Assembly (NCBI GenBank): GCA_949289575.1
Contig: CASEOG010000001.1
Location: 24,671-88,670, forward strand
Direction of reading: 5' to 3'
Source: an uncultured Spirochaetales bacterium
GTDB taxonomy: Bacteria > Spirochaetota > Spirochaetia > JAFGXN01
Length of the DNA stretch: 64,000 nucleotides
In this document: positions 29,185-39,188 of the stretch, piece by piece
Layout: the number at the start of each line of letters is the position of its first letter
How positions within the stretch are numbered: position 1 is the stretch's first letter
Notes under the pieces: model-generated
The model's database searches: none
What the model was told of the DNA's origin: nothing
Seen by the model: only the letters and a program-made list of their open reading frames with translations
Made by a program: the position numbers and the translations under genes

Positions 29185-30486
29185 TTACAAATCCTTCATG
29201 ACATCCAAAGGTTTTCGTCCGGCAGCGGCAACAGCCGGAATAAGCGCCGCCGCACCCGAACTGAAGACTGTCAGCGTCGCAATCAGAAAAATATGACGAC
29301 GGCTGATCACCAACGGTATATTTTCAAGATAATACTCTTTATTCAGAATTTCAATCTTATTTTGAAAAAATCCGTCGCCGTTTAACCCGGACAGCAATCC
29401 GTAGAGAAACGAGAATACCGAATCGGCCGTTTCCGTTAATGTATTTAACTGCACGGCCGCCAGCAAACCGAGACTCAAACCGATCACCGTACCGCATATC
29501 CCGATCAGAAAACCGGCCGATAAAAACGAAAGGAAAACAGTCCGCGACGATACGCCGAGACTTCGCAAAAGGGCAACGGCGCTCCGTTTTTCCAGTTCGA
29601 ATGCAACCATAATGGAGAAGATATTGACTGCAGCCAGCAGAATAATCAGTACGGCTATCGATAAAATAAGGGTAAACGTACTGTCGAGATTTTCCATAAG
29701 CGACCGGTTTTTTTCTTTCCACGTACGAAAGGTAATCCCTTCACTGCCGAAAAGACGGTTTAACTCCGCCGCCGCTTTTGATGCGGAAATTTCGTCGGGG
29801 GAATCGAGTTTGATTCCCAGAACCGTATGCCCCTCTCTTCCGAACAGCGACCGTGCCCGATCGTATCCGATGTAAGCCGTCATGTGGTCCAGTTCGTAAT
29901 AACCTGTCGTAAAAACCCCGGTGACGGTAAATGTCACGGCCTGCAGAAAAGACCGGCCTCCCGCTTCCCGGTTAAGCAGCATCCGAATGCGGTCGCCGGC
30001 TTTCAGGCTCAGCGATTCGGCAATGCCGTCACTGACAAGAAGGCTGTCCGAAGAACTCAAATCAAATCGGCCGTCCAGAATCTGAAAATATTTGCGAAAT
30101 CCGGCATCGCTGTCGTACAAATCGGCCGGAACGCCTTTCAATGCGGCCGCATTACGGCCTTTATCCGAAGCCAGCAGCACATGAGTTTCCAGAATCGGAA
30201 CAGCCGATCGGATTCCGTCCCGCCCGGTAATCCGGTTTGCCCAATCGGCAGCCCGTTCGGAAAAATCGGTGTGATACGACTGCCCCGTAATGTGAAAAGA
30301 GCCGATTTCCAGATACCGCCCGACAATTCCGCTGATCATCCCGGAAGCGGTCTGAATGGAAACGACAACCGGAATCAGAGAAATAACGATGCCGAAAACG
30401 GCACCGCGGACTTTTCCGTTATCTCTGCGTCCGCCGAGAGGCACAAAAAGCATCCGAAAAGCGTAAAAAAAAGCGCCCGTCTTCAT
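29185..30486 (-). CDS. LolE/LolC-like ABC permease (FtsX/MacB family)
   Basis: 433 aa with an N-terminal transmembrane segment, a large periplasmic domain and a C-terminal FtsX four-helix bundle. Confidence 0.7.
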   Translation of the reverse strand: MKTGAFFYAFRMLFVPLGGRRDNGKVRGAVFGIVISLIPVVVSIQTASGMISGIVGRYLEIGSFHITGQSYHTDFSERAADWANRITGRDGIRSAVPILETHVLLASDKGRNAAALKGVPADLYDSDAGFRKYFQILDGRFDLSSSDSLLVSDGIAESLSLKAGDRIRMLLNREAGGRSFLQAVTFTVTGVFTTGYYELDHMTAYIGYDRARSLFGREGHTVLGIKLDSPDEISASKAAAELNRLFGSEGITFRTWKEKNRSLMENLDSTFTLILSIAVLIILLAAVNIFSIMVAFELEKRSAVALLRSLGVSSRTVFLSFLSAGFLIGICGTVIGLSLGLLAAVQLNTLTETADSVFSFLYGLLSGLNGDGFFQNKIEILNKEYYLENIPLVISRRHIFLIATLTVFSSGAAALIPAVAAAGRKPLDVMKDL

Positions 30487-31175
30487 AATTTCTGCAATCT
30501 GCCCTGTGTCAGTACGTAATGAATATCGCCCTTCCCGGCCAGCCGGGAATCGTGAGTGACCAGAATCAGACTTTTCCCCTCTTTTTCGACTACATCGAAC
30601 AGCAGCTCTTCGACCCGCTCCGAATGAGACTCATCGAGGTTTCCCGTCGGTTCGTCTGCCAGAATCAGCGGCGGATTATTGATTAATGCCCGCGCTACGG
30701 CAATACGCTGACACTCTCCGCCCGACAGCTGAGCCGGGAAATGGTCGGCCCGGGCCGTCAATCCGACACGTTCCAAAAGGAAACGGGCTCTCTCTTTTGC
30801 CGTTTTGGCAGGCTCGCCGGAAAGATAGGCCGGCAGCCAGATATTTTCCAAAGCGGTAAAATCTTCCAGCAAATGGTGAAACTGAAAAACAAAACCGATA
30901 CATTCGCGCCGATACGAGGTCAGTTCTCTTTCGCTCAGTCGGGAAAGTTCGTATCCGCACATCGAAACCTCCCCTCCGCTCAGGGCATCCAGACCGGAAA
31001 TCAGATTCAGAAAGGTTGTTTTTCCGCATCCGCTGGGACCGGTAACCGTCACTTTCTCCTTCTTCCCCAGCACAAAATCGATCCCGTTCAGAATTGATAT
31101 TTTTTCGTTTCCCATTTCGTATGTTTTCGAAAGATTCTCGACACGAAGCAGGACCTCGCTTTTATTCTCATTCAT
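30483..31175 (-). CDS. LolD-like ABC ATP-binding protein
   Basis: Walker A (GPSGCGKTT), signature (LSGGECQRIAVARAL) and Walker B (ILADEPTGNLD). Confidence 0.85.
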   Translation of the reverse strand: MNENKSEVLLRVENLSKTYEMGNEKISILNGIDFVLGKKEKVTVTGPSGCGKTTFLNLISGLDALSGGEVSMCGYELSRLSERELTSYRRECIGFVFQFHHLLEDFTALENIWLPAYLSGEPAKTAKERARFLLERVGLTARADHFPAQLSGGECQRIAVARALINNPPLILADEPTGNLDESHSERVEELLFDVVEKEGKSLILVTHDSRLAGKGDIHYVLTQGRLQKL

Positions 31176-32418
31176 AACGCATTACCTCACACGGTTTAAT
31201 TTCGGTCAGTCTCGCGGTTGCCGCATAGGCGGCTGCCGCCGATGCCGCCAGACTGAAACAGGCAATCGCCGTCACCTCTTTAAAATCAATCCGTATCGGC
31301 AAGTCATAGAAGAATCTCAAATCGGGCATAAGGGACGCGGTAACGGGTGCGGAATAAAACAGAATTTCGATAAGAGAAATCAGTTCCGAAAAATGAATGG
31401 TAACAAACAGACCGGTAACCGTTCCCCAGAAAACGGCACGAATTCCCATCAGAATCCCGACAAACAGAAACGAAAGCCGGATTTGTCTCGGCGAAACACC
31501 GATAGCCTTAAAGACTGCAATTTCTTTCTGCTTCTCGAAAATCAGTCGTTTGATCATAAAATAAAGATTCAGAATGACAACGGCCGCAACGAGTCCGAGA
31601 AGAAAGGACATGGCAAATTTCTCCAGTTTCAGCGCACTGAAAAAAGAGCGGTGGGAATCCCGCCAGCTTTTTACGACGGCATCGGCCGGCAGATACGGTC
31701 TGAGGGCAGCGGTCGTCCGATCATCGGCAAAACGGTTTTTCAGTTTTATTCCGTAAATCAGAGGGTTTACGGAAAATCCGTTGCTCCAGCTGCCGGTACC
31801 GGTGAGAATCAGCAGTTCATCGATTTCCCGAAAAGCCGTTTCATAGATACCGCCGACCGTAAATGTCTTTACGGGGGGACTGACAAGAGAGAATCCGGAG
31901 GCACTCAATGAAATCAGGTTAATTTTATCTCCGACTAGAAGGCCCATCCGCAAAGCCGTCGTGCGGCTGACGGCCACTGTATCCGGCTGACCGAAATCGA
32001 AACGGCCTCGGACTTCCCGAATTTGCGAAGCCATTCCCGGATCGATTTCTTTCCATTCGGGAGGAACGGCCCGCAGCAGATATCCGTAAAAGCGGCCGTT
32101 GCGGCCGGCCATCACCGTCTGGGTTTCGTAAAACGGCATGACCGAAACGACATTGGTGTCGCGTCGGAGAGTCTCAAGGCGGTCGTCATCCAAAACCGTT
32201 CCTTCAATCCGCAGATGATACGAAGAGACCTCGACAATGGCATTGATATAATCGGACTGAAGACCGTTCATAATACTCAATATCAGAATCAGGGCAAAAA
32301 TGCCGCAGGCGAGCGTCCCTGTCAGCAATCCGCTGAGAAGTCTTTTCCCCCGCGAACGGGAACGGAAAAGAATCCGCCAGGCCATAAATGCGGGTTGCGC
32401 CATCCGGTACGGGCTCAT
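31168..32418 (-). CDS. LolC/LolE-like ABC permease (FtsX/MacB family)
   Basis: 416 aa with the same architecture as the 29185-30486 gene. Confidence 0.7.
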   Translation of the reverse strand: MSPYRMAQPAFMAWRILFRSRSRGKRLLSGLLTGTLACGIFALILILSIMNGLQSDYINAIVEVSSYHLRIEGTVLDDDRLETLRRDTNVVSVMPFYETQTVMAGRNGRFYGYLLRAVPPEWKEIDPGMASQIREVRGRFDFGQPDTVAVSRTTALRMGLLVGDKINLISLSASGFSLVSPPVKTFTVGGIYETAFREIDELLILTGTGSWSNGFSVNPLIYGIKLKNRFADDRTTAALRPYLPADAVVKSWRDSHRSFFSALKLEKFAMSFLLGLVAAVVILNLYFMIKRLIFEKQKEIAVFKAIGVSPRQIRLSFLFVGILMGIRAVFWGTVTGLFVTIHFSELISLIEILFYSAPVTASLMPDLRFFYDLPIRIDFKEVTAIACFSLAASAAAAYAATARLTEIKPCEVMRYE

Positions 32419-33701
32419 GATCGGCGCCTCCGTTTTGCCGGTTTCTCTTCTTCGGCAGAGGGATTTTCTCCGGCAGAGGAATTTTCTCCGGCAGAGGAAT
32501 TTTCTCCGGCAGAGGAATTTTCTCCGGCAGAGGGATTTTCTCCGGCAGAGGGATTTTCTCCGGCAGAGGGATTTTCTCCGACAGAGGGATTTTCTCCGGC
32601 AGAGGGATTTTCTCCGACAGAGGGATTCTCTCCGGCAGAGGGATTCTCTCCGGTTTTTGTCTCATAAAAAAGAAGTTCGTTATCGACCTCTATATTGTCG
32701 CGGAATACGATTCTGATAAACGGTTTGCCGTCTCGATAAACAATTTCGGTATAATCCTGGGCCGACTCTCCGTAAATAAGTTCTCTGGTCAGCACTTCGT
32801 TGACATAAACAAGACTGCCCGCAACATTTCCATCTTTGTCATATTCATAAGTGACCCGCTCGCGCCGTCCGTCGGAACTGATATATTTTTCGGAAACACG
32901 GTTGTCGGCATCGTAAGTGTAATCGATAACGATCTTCGATGAACCGATATAAGTGACCTCTCTGGAAATACGGTTTTCTTTATCAAAGTCACGCACAATC
33001 TTTTTATCACCGGAAAAATCTTCCTCGACGGCACGCCCGTCTTCATCCTGTTCGATTTTACGATAGACCAGTTCGTCACCGATCCATTCTTCGGACGAGA
33101 CCAACTTCCCTTTATAATAGTTATACTGAAAAGAGTATCCGCTGTACGTATGAATCTGATTGCGCAAATCGAAATCGAGAAACCCGTATACCGAATAGGT
33201 GACTTTTCCGTTTTCGTAGGTATTGGTGGCTCGCAGCAGCCGACCGTTGGAACCGCGGGTATAGGTTGTCGTATAAAGAACTTTCTCGTCGGGTGTTTTG
33301 ACAACCGTTGCACTGAGGTTACTTCCCGAATACCGGTATTCCCGGACTTCGGAAATCCGGTTCTCGAAATAAATCTCCTCTTTTTGAAGACGAAAATTAT
33401 TGAAGTAAGAGGTCAGAAGTTTGCGGGATCCGCTGAATTCCGTTTCCTGATATCGGCCCGGATACATCCGTCGGTTATCGTACGTCCGTTCCCACCGGCG
33501 AATTTCTTTCTGTTTCTCGAAAAGCTGACGAATGACCGCATTATCGAGATCTTCGACAGTCACGACATATTCGAATTCATCGAAACGGGAAACACCGATC
33601 TGATTATAGACGGCCCCCGACTTGTCCGCACGATAATAGGTGACCTGCGCCGATAAAGGGAAATAACAGAATAAGATAATAACGGAAAAAAGATATTTCA
33701 T
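32415..33701 (-). CDS. Exported repeat protein with a C-terminal (GENPS[A/V])x11 tandem hexapeptide array
   Basis: The N-terminal signal peptide is MKYLFSVIILFCYFPLSAQ. The body has tyrosine/glycine-rich beta-repeat-like segments and the C-terminus holds 11 GENPSA/GENPSV/GENSSA units. Its stop overlaps the LolC-like start by 4 bp. Confidence 0.6.
   Translation of the reverse strand: MKYLFSVIILFCYFPLSAQVTYYRADKSGAVYNQIGVSRFDEFEYVVTVEDLDNAVIRQLFEKQKEIRRWERTYDNRRMYPGRYQETEFSGSRKLLTSYFNNFRLQKEEIYFENRISEVREYRYSGSNLSATVVKTPDEKVLYTTTYTRGSNGRLLRATNTYENGKVTYSVYGFLDFDLRNQIHTYSGYSFQYNYYKGKLVSSEEWIGDELVYRKIEQDEDGRAVEEDFSGDKKIVRDFDKENRISREVTYIGSSKIVIDYTYDADNRVSEKYISSDGRRERVTYEYDKDGNVAGSLVYVNEVLTRELIYGESAQDYTEIVYRDGKPFIRIVFRDNIEVDNELLFYETKTGENPSAGENPSVGENPSAGENPSVGENPSAGENPSAGENPSAGENSSAGENSSAGENSSAGENPSAEEEKPAKRRRRS
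32454..32651. repeat. 11 head-to-tail copies of an 18-bp tandem repeat (ggcagagg[g/a]att[t/c]tctcc), in-frame coding
   Basis: Counted directly. The variants are ggcagagggattttctcc, ggcagaggaattttctcc, gacagagggattttctcc and g[g/a]cagagggattctctcc. Confidence 0.9.
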
Positions 33702-34609
33702 TCTCCCAAAAAGCGGTCCAAAAACTGCTCCGTATCAAACGGTTTCAGATCTTCGTAGCCCTCTCCCACTCCGGTAAACGCAATCGGCAACCCGAACCGG
33801 CGACAGACCGCAAAAAGGTTTCCGCCGCGCGAAAGCGAATCATATTTTGTCAGAATCACGGCATCGATACCGACTGCCTCGTGAAAGATTTCCGCCTGCG
33901 AAACGCTGTTCTGTCCCGTTGTGGCATCAAGGACCAGAATTTTTCTCAACCGGCAGCCGGCAGCCTTGTTTTCGATAATTTTATTGATTTTTTTCAGCTC
34001 TTCGATTAAATGGGATTTTGTATGCATCCGTCCGGCAGTATCGGCAAGAATCAGAGAGCTGTTTTTTGCCTTTGCGCTGGATATGGCATCGTAAATGACC
34101 GCACCGGGATCGGCCCCCGGGGCGTGGCGAACCACCCGTATCCCCAACCGGTCGCCGTGTACCGCCAGCTGATCGATGGCGGCTGCACGGAACGTATCGC
34201 CCGCCGCCAAAACAATTTTCTCTTTCCCGATTTCCGCGGCGTAAAAGTGCGCCAGTTTTGCAATCGTGGTTGTTTTCCCCACGCCGTTAACACCGAGAAT
34301 CAGATCGATATTCAAAACATCGGGATCGGGACGTAACGAATCGGTCAGCAGCGATTCCCTCAGAATGTCGCGTAAAATCCGCCGGGCTGCCGCCTCATCC
34401 CGCGTTTTTTCGTTTTTCAACCGCGTTTTTAATTCTTCCGTGACCGAAACGGCCAGTCTGACGCCCATATCCCCTTCGACCATCAAATCTTCCAGCTCCG
34501 TATAAAATGCATCGGAAAGCGACGAAGAAGAAAGCAGCGAAAACAACCGGAACCCTTTCGATTCCCGCGAACCCGTTGTCTCCTGTTTATTTCTGCCGAA
34601 TAACTTCAT
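33698..34609 (-). CDS. ftsY: Signal recognition particle receptor FtsY (short form, NG domain only)
   Basis: SRP-GTPase motifs: G1 GVNGVGKTTT, G3 DTAGR and G4 TKYD. Confidence 0.85.
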   Translation of the reverse strand: MKLFGRNKQETTGSRESKGFRLFSLLSSSSLSDAFYTELEDLMVEGDMGVRLAVSVTEELKTRLKNEKTRDEAAARRILRDILRESLLTDSLRPDPDVLNIDLILGVNGVGKTTTIAKLAHFYAAEIGKEKIVLAAGDTFRAAAIDQLAVHGDRLGIRVVRHAPGADPGAVIYDAISSAKAKNSSLILADTAGRMHTKSHLIEELKKINKIIENKAAGCRLRKILVLDATTGQNSVSQAEIFHEAVGIDAVILTKYDSLSRGGNLFAVCRRFGLPIAFTGVGEGYEDLKPFDTEQFLDRFLGE

Positions 34610-34615
34610 AAAACC

Positions 34616-36103
34616 TCACCTGCTGTCATAAACTTTAACGTAATCTATCATGTCGACAATAAGTCCCGTCGCCATAATGGCATTCAGTACAATACTGACG
34701 GAAAAGACCGTCGCCATCGCTTTATATCCGAAAATAATCTGCTGCCGCTGCACGGCGTTATCGGCCGTTGCTTCCGGAATCGAATCGAGGAAACGGGTCT
34801 GATACCCGTTTGCCAAAATTGTCAGCGGAATAGAGAACGCCAGTCCCGCAATATTGAAATAAAAATCTTTCCGCTTGCTTTTCATATAGTCATCGATGTC
34901 AAATGCGGAAGATTTCAAAACAAAATTCATTTTATCTCCCGATTCCGGATTGAGAGCCGACACCAGATCGAGATAGCCCTCCTTCTTCAGCATCAGCGGT
35001 TCGTTGATACCCCCGTTCTCGATAAGAAAAGGAGTGGTCCCCACCCAGAGCGAAGACAGATAGACATCGGCTCCCGGAGGAAAGGTATTGACGACAACCG
35101 GAGGAACCGGATTACGGATTAGAGATACGGAGAGCGTTTTTGTCTCTTTCGGATTCAGAACAATTTCAATCTCTTCGCCGATATACCCGGGAGCTTCGAC
35201 TGTCATAATATAAGTTCCCGGTTTCATGCTGTTGTTTCTGTAGACGCCCGAACCGCTGTAGTCGTCTCCGATACGGATCGAAGCCGTTACCGGCATGGCG
35301 GAAACGGTAAAATCGGTCCACGGATAGCCGACAACGACCGTTATCAGATCTTTCAGATGTTCGGAAACCTGCATCTCGATTTTATCGGGCGCTCCGCCGC
35401 CTTCGGCATCGAAAACCGTCTTGTCGAGAATAGACGAATATGCGCCGATCCGGTAATAAATATACCCGGCCATTTCTTCGAGACGTCCGTAAATAACCAG
35501 GTCGGCCTTTTTTTCCGTTGCAAACTGTTTCTGTTTGTCCTTAATCGGATCAAACAGTTCCCGACTGTCGCTTTCTCTCAGCAGAACTATTTTCCGTTCT
35601 TCGGGAATCCCGATATCGGAAGGCGAAAAGTCCTTGAGATAACGGAACTTTTCATTCAGAGTATCCCTCTTTTGCAACAGCTCCCACTCTTTTTGCTGTC
35701 GGAATCCGTAAGAGGACGCGGCGGTAACATCGAAATCCAGCTCGTCGAAAGACTTCCGCAATTCGGCCGATTCTTTCAGCAGCGTCTGACGGGCATTATC
35801 GATAATTCTTTCGGCATAGCCGCGCCGTTCTTCATCCGACAAAGTGTGCGTTGTGTAATTCAAAAGCGTTGTATATATTTTTAAAGGAAGACTGGAAGCC
35901 AGATAGCGGTTCTCGAGCGAAATATTCCGGGTCGAAAAATAAGAGACAACGATATTCCAGTCGGTCGATTCGTCTTTGAGCTTCAGAGTTTCTATATAAT
36001 TTTCCTGTGCGGCAAAAAGCGGTCCGGTCCATACGAGAATAAATACAAGACAAAAGACCGGAAATCGGTATTTCACTCCGCCGGTTCCTCTTTGGCATTC
36101 CAC
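34616..36103 (-). CDS. Hypothetical membrane-anchored protein with a PEGA-like beta-sandwich region
   Basis: 495 aa with an N-terminal transmembrane/signal segment, a central region resembling a PEGA domain (...GTYIMTVEAPGY...EIEIVL...) and C-terminal transmembrane helices. No confident family assignment can be made. Confidence 0.35.
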   Translation of the reverse strand: MECQRGTGGVKYRFPVFCLVFILVWTGPLFAAQENYIETLKLKDESTDWNIVVSYFSTRNISLENRYLASSLPLKIYTTLLNYTTHTLSDEERRGYAERIIDNARQTLLKESAELRKSFDELDFDVTAASSYGFRQQKEWELLQKRDTLNEKFRYLKDFSPSDIGIPEERKIVLLRESDSRELFDPIKDKQKQFATEKKADLVIYGRLEEMAGYIYYRIGAYSSILDKTVFDAEGGGAPDKIEMQVSEHLKDLITVVVGYPWTDFTVSAMPVTASIRIGDDYSGSGVYRNNSMKPGTYIMTVEAPGYIGEEIEIVLNPKETKTLSVSLIRNPVPPVVVNTFPPGADVYLSSLWVGTTPFLIENGGINEPLMLKKEGYLDLVSALNPESGDKMNFVLKSSAFDIDDYMKSKRKDFYFNIAGLAFSIPLTILANGYQTRFLDSIPEATADNAVQRQQIIFGYKAMATVFSVSIVLNAIMATGLIVDMIDYVKVYDSR

Positions 36104-37182
36104 TTCAGGTATGCCTCCATAAATTCCGTCACATGACCGTCCATGACGGCAAGAATATTTCCTTTCTCGAATTTTGTCCGATGATCTTTCACCATCGTGT
36201 ACGGCTGAAAGACATAGGAACGAATCTGATTCCCCCAGGAAATATCCTTTTTCTCCCCGCTCTGTTTTTCTTTTTCCTCATCCTGCTCCTTTTTATAAAG
36301 ATCGTAGAGACGGGAACGGAGAATATTCATAGCGGTCGCCCGATTCTTGATCTGACTGCGCTCGTTCTGACACTGAACCACCGTTCCTGTCGGCAGGTGG
36401 GTAATGCGAACGGCCGAGTCGGTGGTATTGACGTGCTGCCCGCCCGCCCCGGAAGAACGGTAGGTATCGATCCGCAAATCTTCGGGTCTGATGTCGACTT
36501 CGATGCTTTCATCCATAACGGGAGACGCAAAGACCGAGGCAAAAGAAGTGTGTCGGCGTGCGTTCGAATCAAACGGCGAAATCCGTACCAGACGGTGAAT
36601 CCCGGTTTCGCCCTTCAAGTAGCCGTATGCGTAAAGGCCCTTTATCTGAACCGTGACCGACTTCAGACCGCCTTCGGCTTCCAAAATATCGAGGACTTCG
36701 GTTTTGTAGCCGCGCATTTCGGCCCATCTCAGATACATCCGGTAGAGCATCGACACCCAGTCGCACGCTTCCGTTCCGCCCGCCCCCGAGTGGATGGTCA
36801 GATAGGCATCCGCCTTATCGAAATCCCCGTTCAGCAGTTCTATCAGCCGCAGCTGTTCGAACAGTTTTTGAGTCTCTTCGAGAGAGGTTTCGATTTCTTC
36901 CTGCCAGGAGGGATCGTCGTCACTCTCGGCCATTTGAATCAGTTCGAGAATATCGTCGTAATCGCGAAACAGTTTCTGCCACGATTCGACACGCCGTTTC
37001 ATGGCTGTCAGTTCGTTAAGAACGGCTTCTGCTTTATCCCGATCGTTCCAAAAATCGGGAGCACAGGTCTGACTTTCTTTTTCGGCTATTTTCTTTTCGA
37101 GTACGGATAAATCGAGATGTTCTCTAATCTCATCAATCTTCGATCCTAAAGAACGGCTCACCATTTTGAGATCGTCCAGCAC
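36073..37182 (-). CDS. prfB: Peptide chain release factor 2
   Basis: Motifs SPF (RISPFDS) and GGQ (SGAGGQHVNTTDSAVRITHLPTG). The ORF is continuous, with no programmed +1 frameshift site. Confidence 0.9.
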   Translation of the reverse strand: MLDDLKMVSRSLGSKIDEIREHLDLSVLEKKIAEKESQTCAPDFWNDRDKAEAVLNELTAMKRRVESWQKLFRDYDDILELIQMAESDDDPSWQEEIETSLEETQKLFEQLRLIELLNGDFDKADAYLTIHSGAGGTEACDWVSMLYRMYLRWAEMRGYKTEVLDILEAEGGLKSVTVQIKGLYAYGYLKGETGIHRLVRISPFDSNARRHTSFASVFASPVMDESIEVDIRPEDLRIDTYRSSGAGGQHVNTTDSAVRITHLPTGTVVQCQNERSQIKNRATAMNILRSRLYDLYKKEQDEEKEKQSGEKKDISWGNQIRSYVFQPYTMVKDHRTKFEKGNILAVMDGHVTEFMEAYLKWNAKEEPAE

Positions 37183-37225
37183 TATTGTTACCTCTTTTTT
37201 ATTTTAACGTATTTTAAAGGAAAAT

Positions 37226-39178
37226 TCAACCGCGCATCTGAGCACGGACAATATTAAATGTCACTCCCGTCACCCATGACGACTCGGCACGGAGATCGAT
37301 TTTCCAGATTATTTTGGCCGAAACATGCTGATACAAGGAGACCGGCTCACCGTTGACTTCGGTTTCGGCATAAACCGGCTCGAAAAAAACATCTCCGCTC
37401 CGTGTGAATCCGAGAGTCAGCACCGTTTCGTTCACGGGATCGGTCAGCTTCAGTTCCGACACCTGCCGGAACTTCCGCGGTTTATCGAGAGTATATTCCG
37501 TTTCGTAACCGGCTTTCTTAACGGTACAAGTCCGGCAGTCGGGAAAAGAAATATTGAGCTCGGTTCCGAAATAACGGGAGAGATTCTGATTGCCCGTGCT
37601 GTAGAACTGATACTCGACGAAAACATCATTTCTTTTCAGAATATACTCTTTACGCATTTCCACATTGTCCGGCAACGAAAGAGTAAAACGATATATCCGT
37701 TTTTGTTCGTTTCTCGATTCCAGTTCATATATAAAATCACTTAAATCGTAGCGGAAAAGCCCCGGGTGCAACCGTTCGACACTGCCGGTTTGCGCATCTT
37801 CGGGAAGAAAAAAATCCTGGAAACAGGCGGCACGTCGTCTCAGAAAAACGCCGAAATCTCCTTTCGGATCGTAGTCGCAGAAGGTATTGATATAATTAAA
37901 GGCACTGGGCAGATAATCGAGTTCGCGCAGGGAAGCTCCTTTGCGATGAATCAGGGCCGTCAGCGTCTGTCCGAAGTAAAGAATCTCCTGAAGACCGTCG
38001 TCATCAAAATCGATTTCGGGAGCCGGTCCGCTGCGGCGCAGCATTTTTTCGACCGCTATCAGTGCGGTATACGATTTCTGTCTGGCAGCCGCATCGAAAA
38101 CTCCCGCATCATCCGCCTTGCGCAACGGATAGGCCGCCTGCCCTTCGGCAAACACATCAATAACCCGTTTCCGGTCGGCCTTGGGGCACGTATTCAAAAA
38201 CGATTCGATAAACCTGATACGGTTGTACAAATGCCCCGCTTCCTGGTATTTAACCAGAAAATTGCGGAAATGACCTTTCTCGAACAGGAACTCGTATCCC
38301 GTCGACTCGAACCGCCGTGAAATCAAATCGTAACAGCAAAATTTTTCATTGAAAAACATTTTCCCGAAACAGGAGATTCCCACCGACGAAGGAATAAAGA
38401 CCCGTTTGTACTCTTTCGCCGAAGAGATAACCTGTCCGGGACAGAGAAAGGTGAACGAAGATTCCCGGCAATTTTCGAAAAAAGAACCGATCCATTCATA
38501 TGACTGCGGCGTCAGCGAAAATCCGTTTTTGAAAACAGTAACGGTATCTTCATGCAAAGTCGATTGAAGCTGTTTCAGGTTATCGAAGTAGTCGTCGAGA
38601 GGCACTTCGCAAAACGGTTCGGACAAAGAGCGGATAATCGGAAAAAGAAACAGAGTCCGTCCCTGATCTTCCGTAATAAAAACATTAAACAAATCTTTTG
38701 CGGAGAATCCGCAGGACAAAAAAGCGGCATCATCGATAAACGTATACTGAAACCCCATCGAATTGAGCAGAGACGGAAACGATGATTCCCAGTTCCCGTC
38801 GTTAAGCCAGAACCCTTTCGTCCGGGTGCCCTTCCCCACCGTGTCTCGGACGGTCATATAATGCTGTTCGATTTGATAGGTTCGGCTCCGGGGGGAAATC
38901 AGCTGCAAAGGAGGCTCGTAATAACCGCACGAAAGGAATTCGATCCGTCTCTGCTTCGAAGAAAAAAGTTTCAGCTGAAAAAGACTTTCTTTATGCTCCT
39001 TCTTGAGCCAGTCAAGCAGATTTCCGCTGAAATAAAGGGTCAGTTTGAGATCTCTGTACCGGGCAAGCAATTCGATTAACGGTACAATCGACCGGCGGTA
39101 AAGGCGTTCCGCCTCATCTTCGGAAAAACAGGGAGAAAGAGAAAAAGATAATCCTAAAACAAATCCGACCCGACTCAA
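37226..39178 (-). CDS. Hypothetical protein, possibly glycoside hydrolase family 57-like
   Basis: 650 aa. The N-terminal region (...YFSGNLLDWL..., ...GFWLNDGNWES...) weakly resembles the GH57 catalytic domain, but the expected nucleophile context is not clearly conserved. Confidence 0.3.
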   Translation of the reverse strand: MSRVGFVLGLSFSLSPCFSEDEAERLYRRSIVPLIELLARYRDLKLTLYFSGNLLDWLKKEHKESLFQLKLFSSKQRRIEFLSCGYYEPPLQLISPRSRTYQIEQHYMTVRDTVGKGTRTKGFWLNDGNWESSFPSLLNSMGFQYTFIDDAAFLSCGFSAKDLFNVFITEDQGRTLFLFPIIRSLSEPFCEVPLDDYFDNLKQLQSTLHEDTVTVFKNGFSLTPQSYEWIGSFFENCRESSFTFLCPGQVISSAKEYKRVFIPSSVGISCFGKMFFNEKFCCYDLISRRFESTGYEFLFEKGHFRNFLVKYQEAGHLYNRIRFIESFLNTCPKADRKRVIDVFAEGQAAYPLRKADDAGVFDAAARQKSYTALIAVEKMLRRSGPAPEIDFDDDGLQEILYFGQTLTALIHRKGASLRELDYLPSAFNYINTFCDYDPKGDFGVFLRRRAACFQDFFLPEDAQTGSVERLHPGLFRYDLSDFIYELESRNEQKRIYRFTLSLPDNVEMRKEYILKRNDVFVEYQFYSTGNQNLSRYFGTELNISFPDCRTCTVKKAGYETEYTLDKPRKFRQVSELKLTDPVNETVLTLGFTRSGDVFFEPVYAETEVNGEPVSLYQHVSAKIIWKIDLRAESSWVTGVTFNIVRAQMRG

Positions 39179-39188
39179 ACTTCCTCTG

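Noticed and set aside
32023-32716. Plus-strand ORFs translating AEGFSPAEEFSP... and DFLRQRDFLRQR... across the 18-bp repeat
   Set aside because: These are alternative-frame readings of the tandem repeat. The real gene is the minus-strand exported protein with the signal peptide and the GENPS array. The array is not CRISPR: there are no unique spacers and the units are contiguous.
36073-37182. Looked for the programmed +1 frameshift site in prfB (the CUU UGA context after the first 25 or so codons)
   Set aside because: The RF2 ORF is continuous from Met1 and aligns through the region where E. coli shifts frame (IREHLDLSVLEKK aligned with LRGYLDYDAKKER). This copy lacks autoregulatory frameshifting, as do a sizeable fraction of bacteria.
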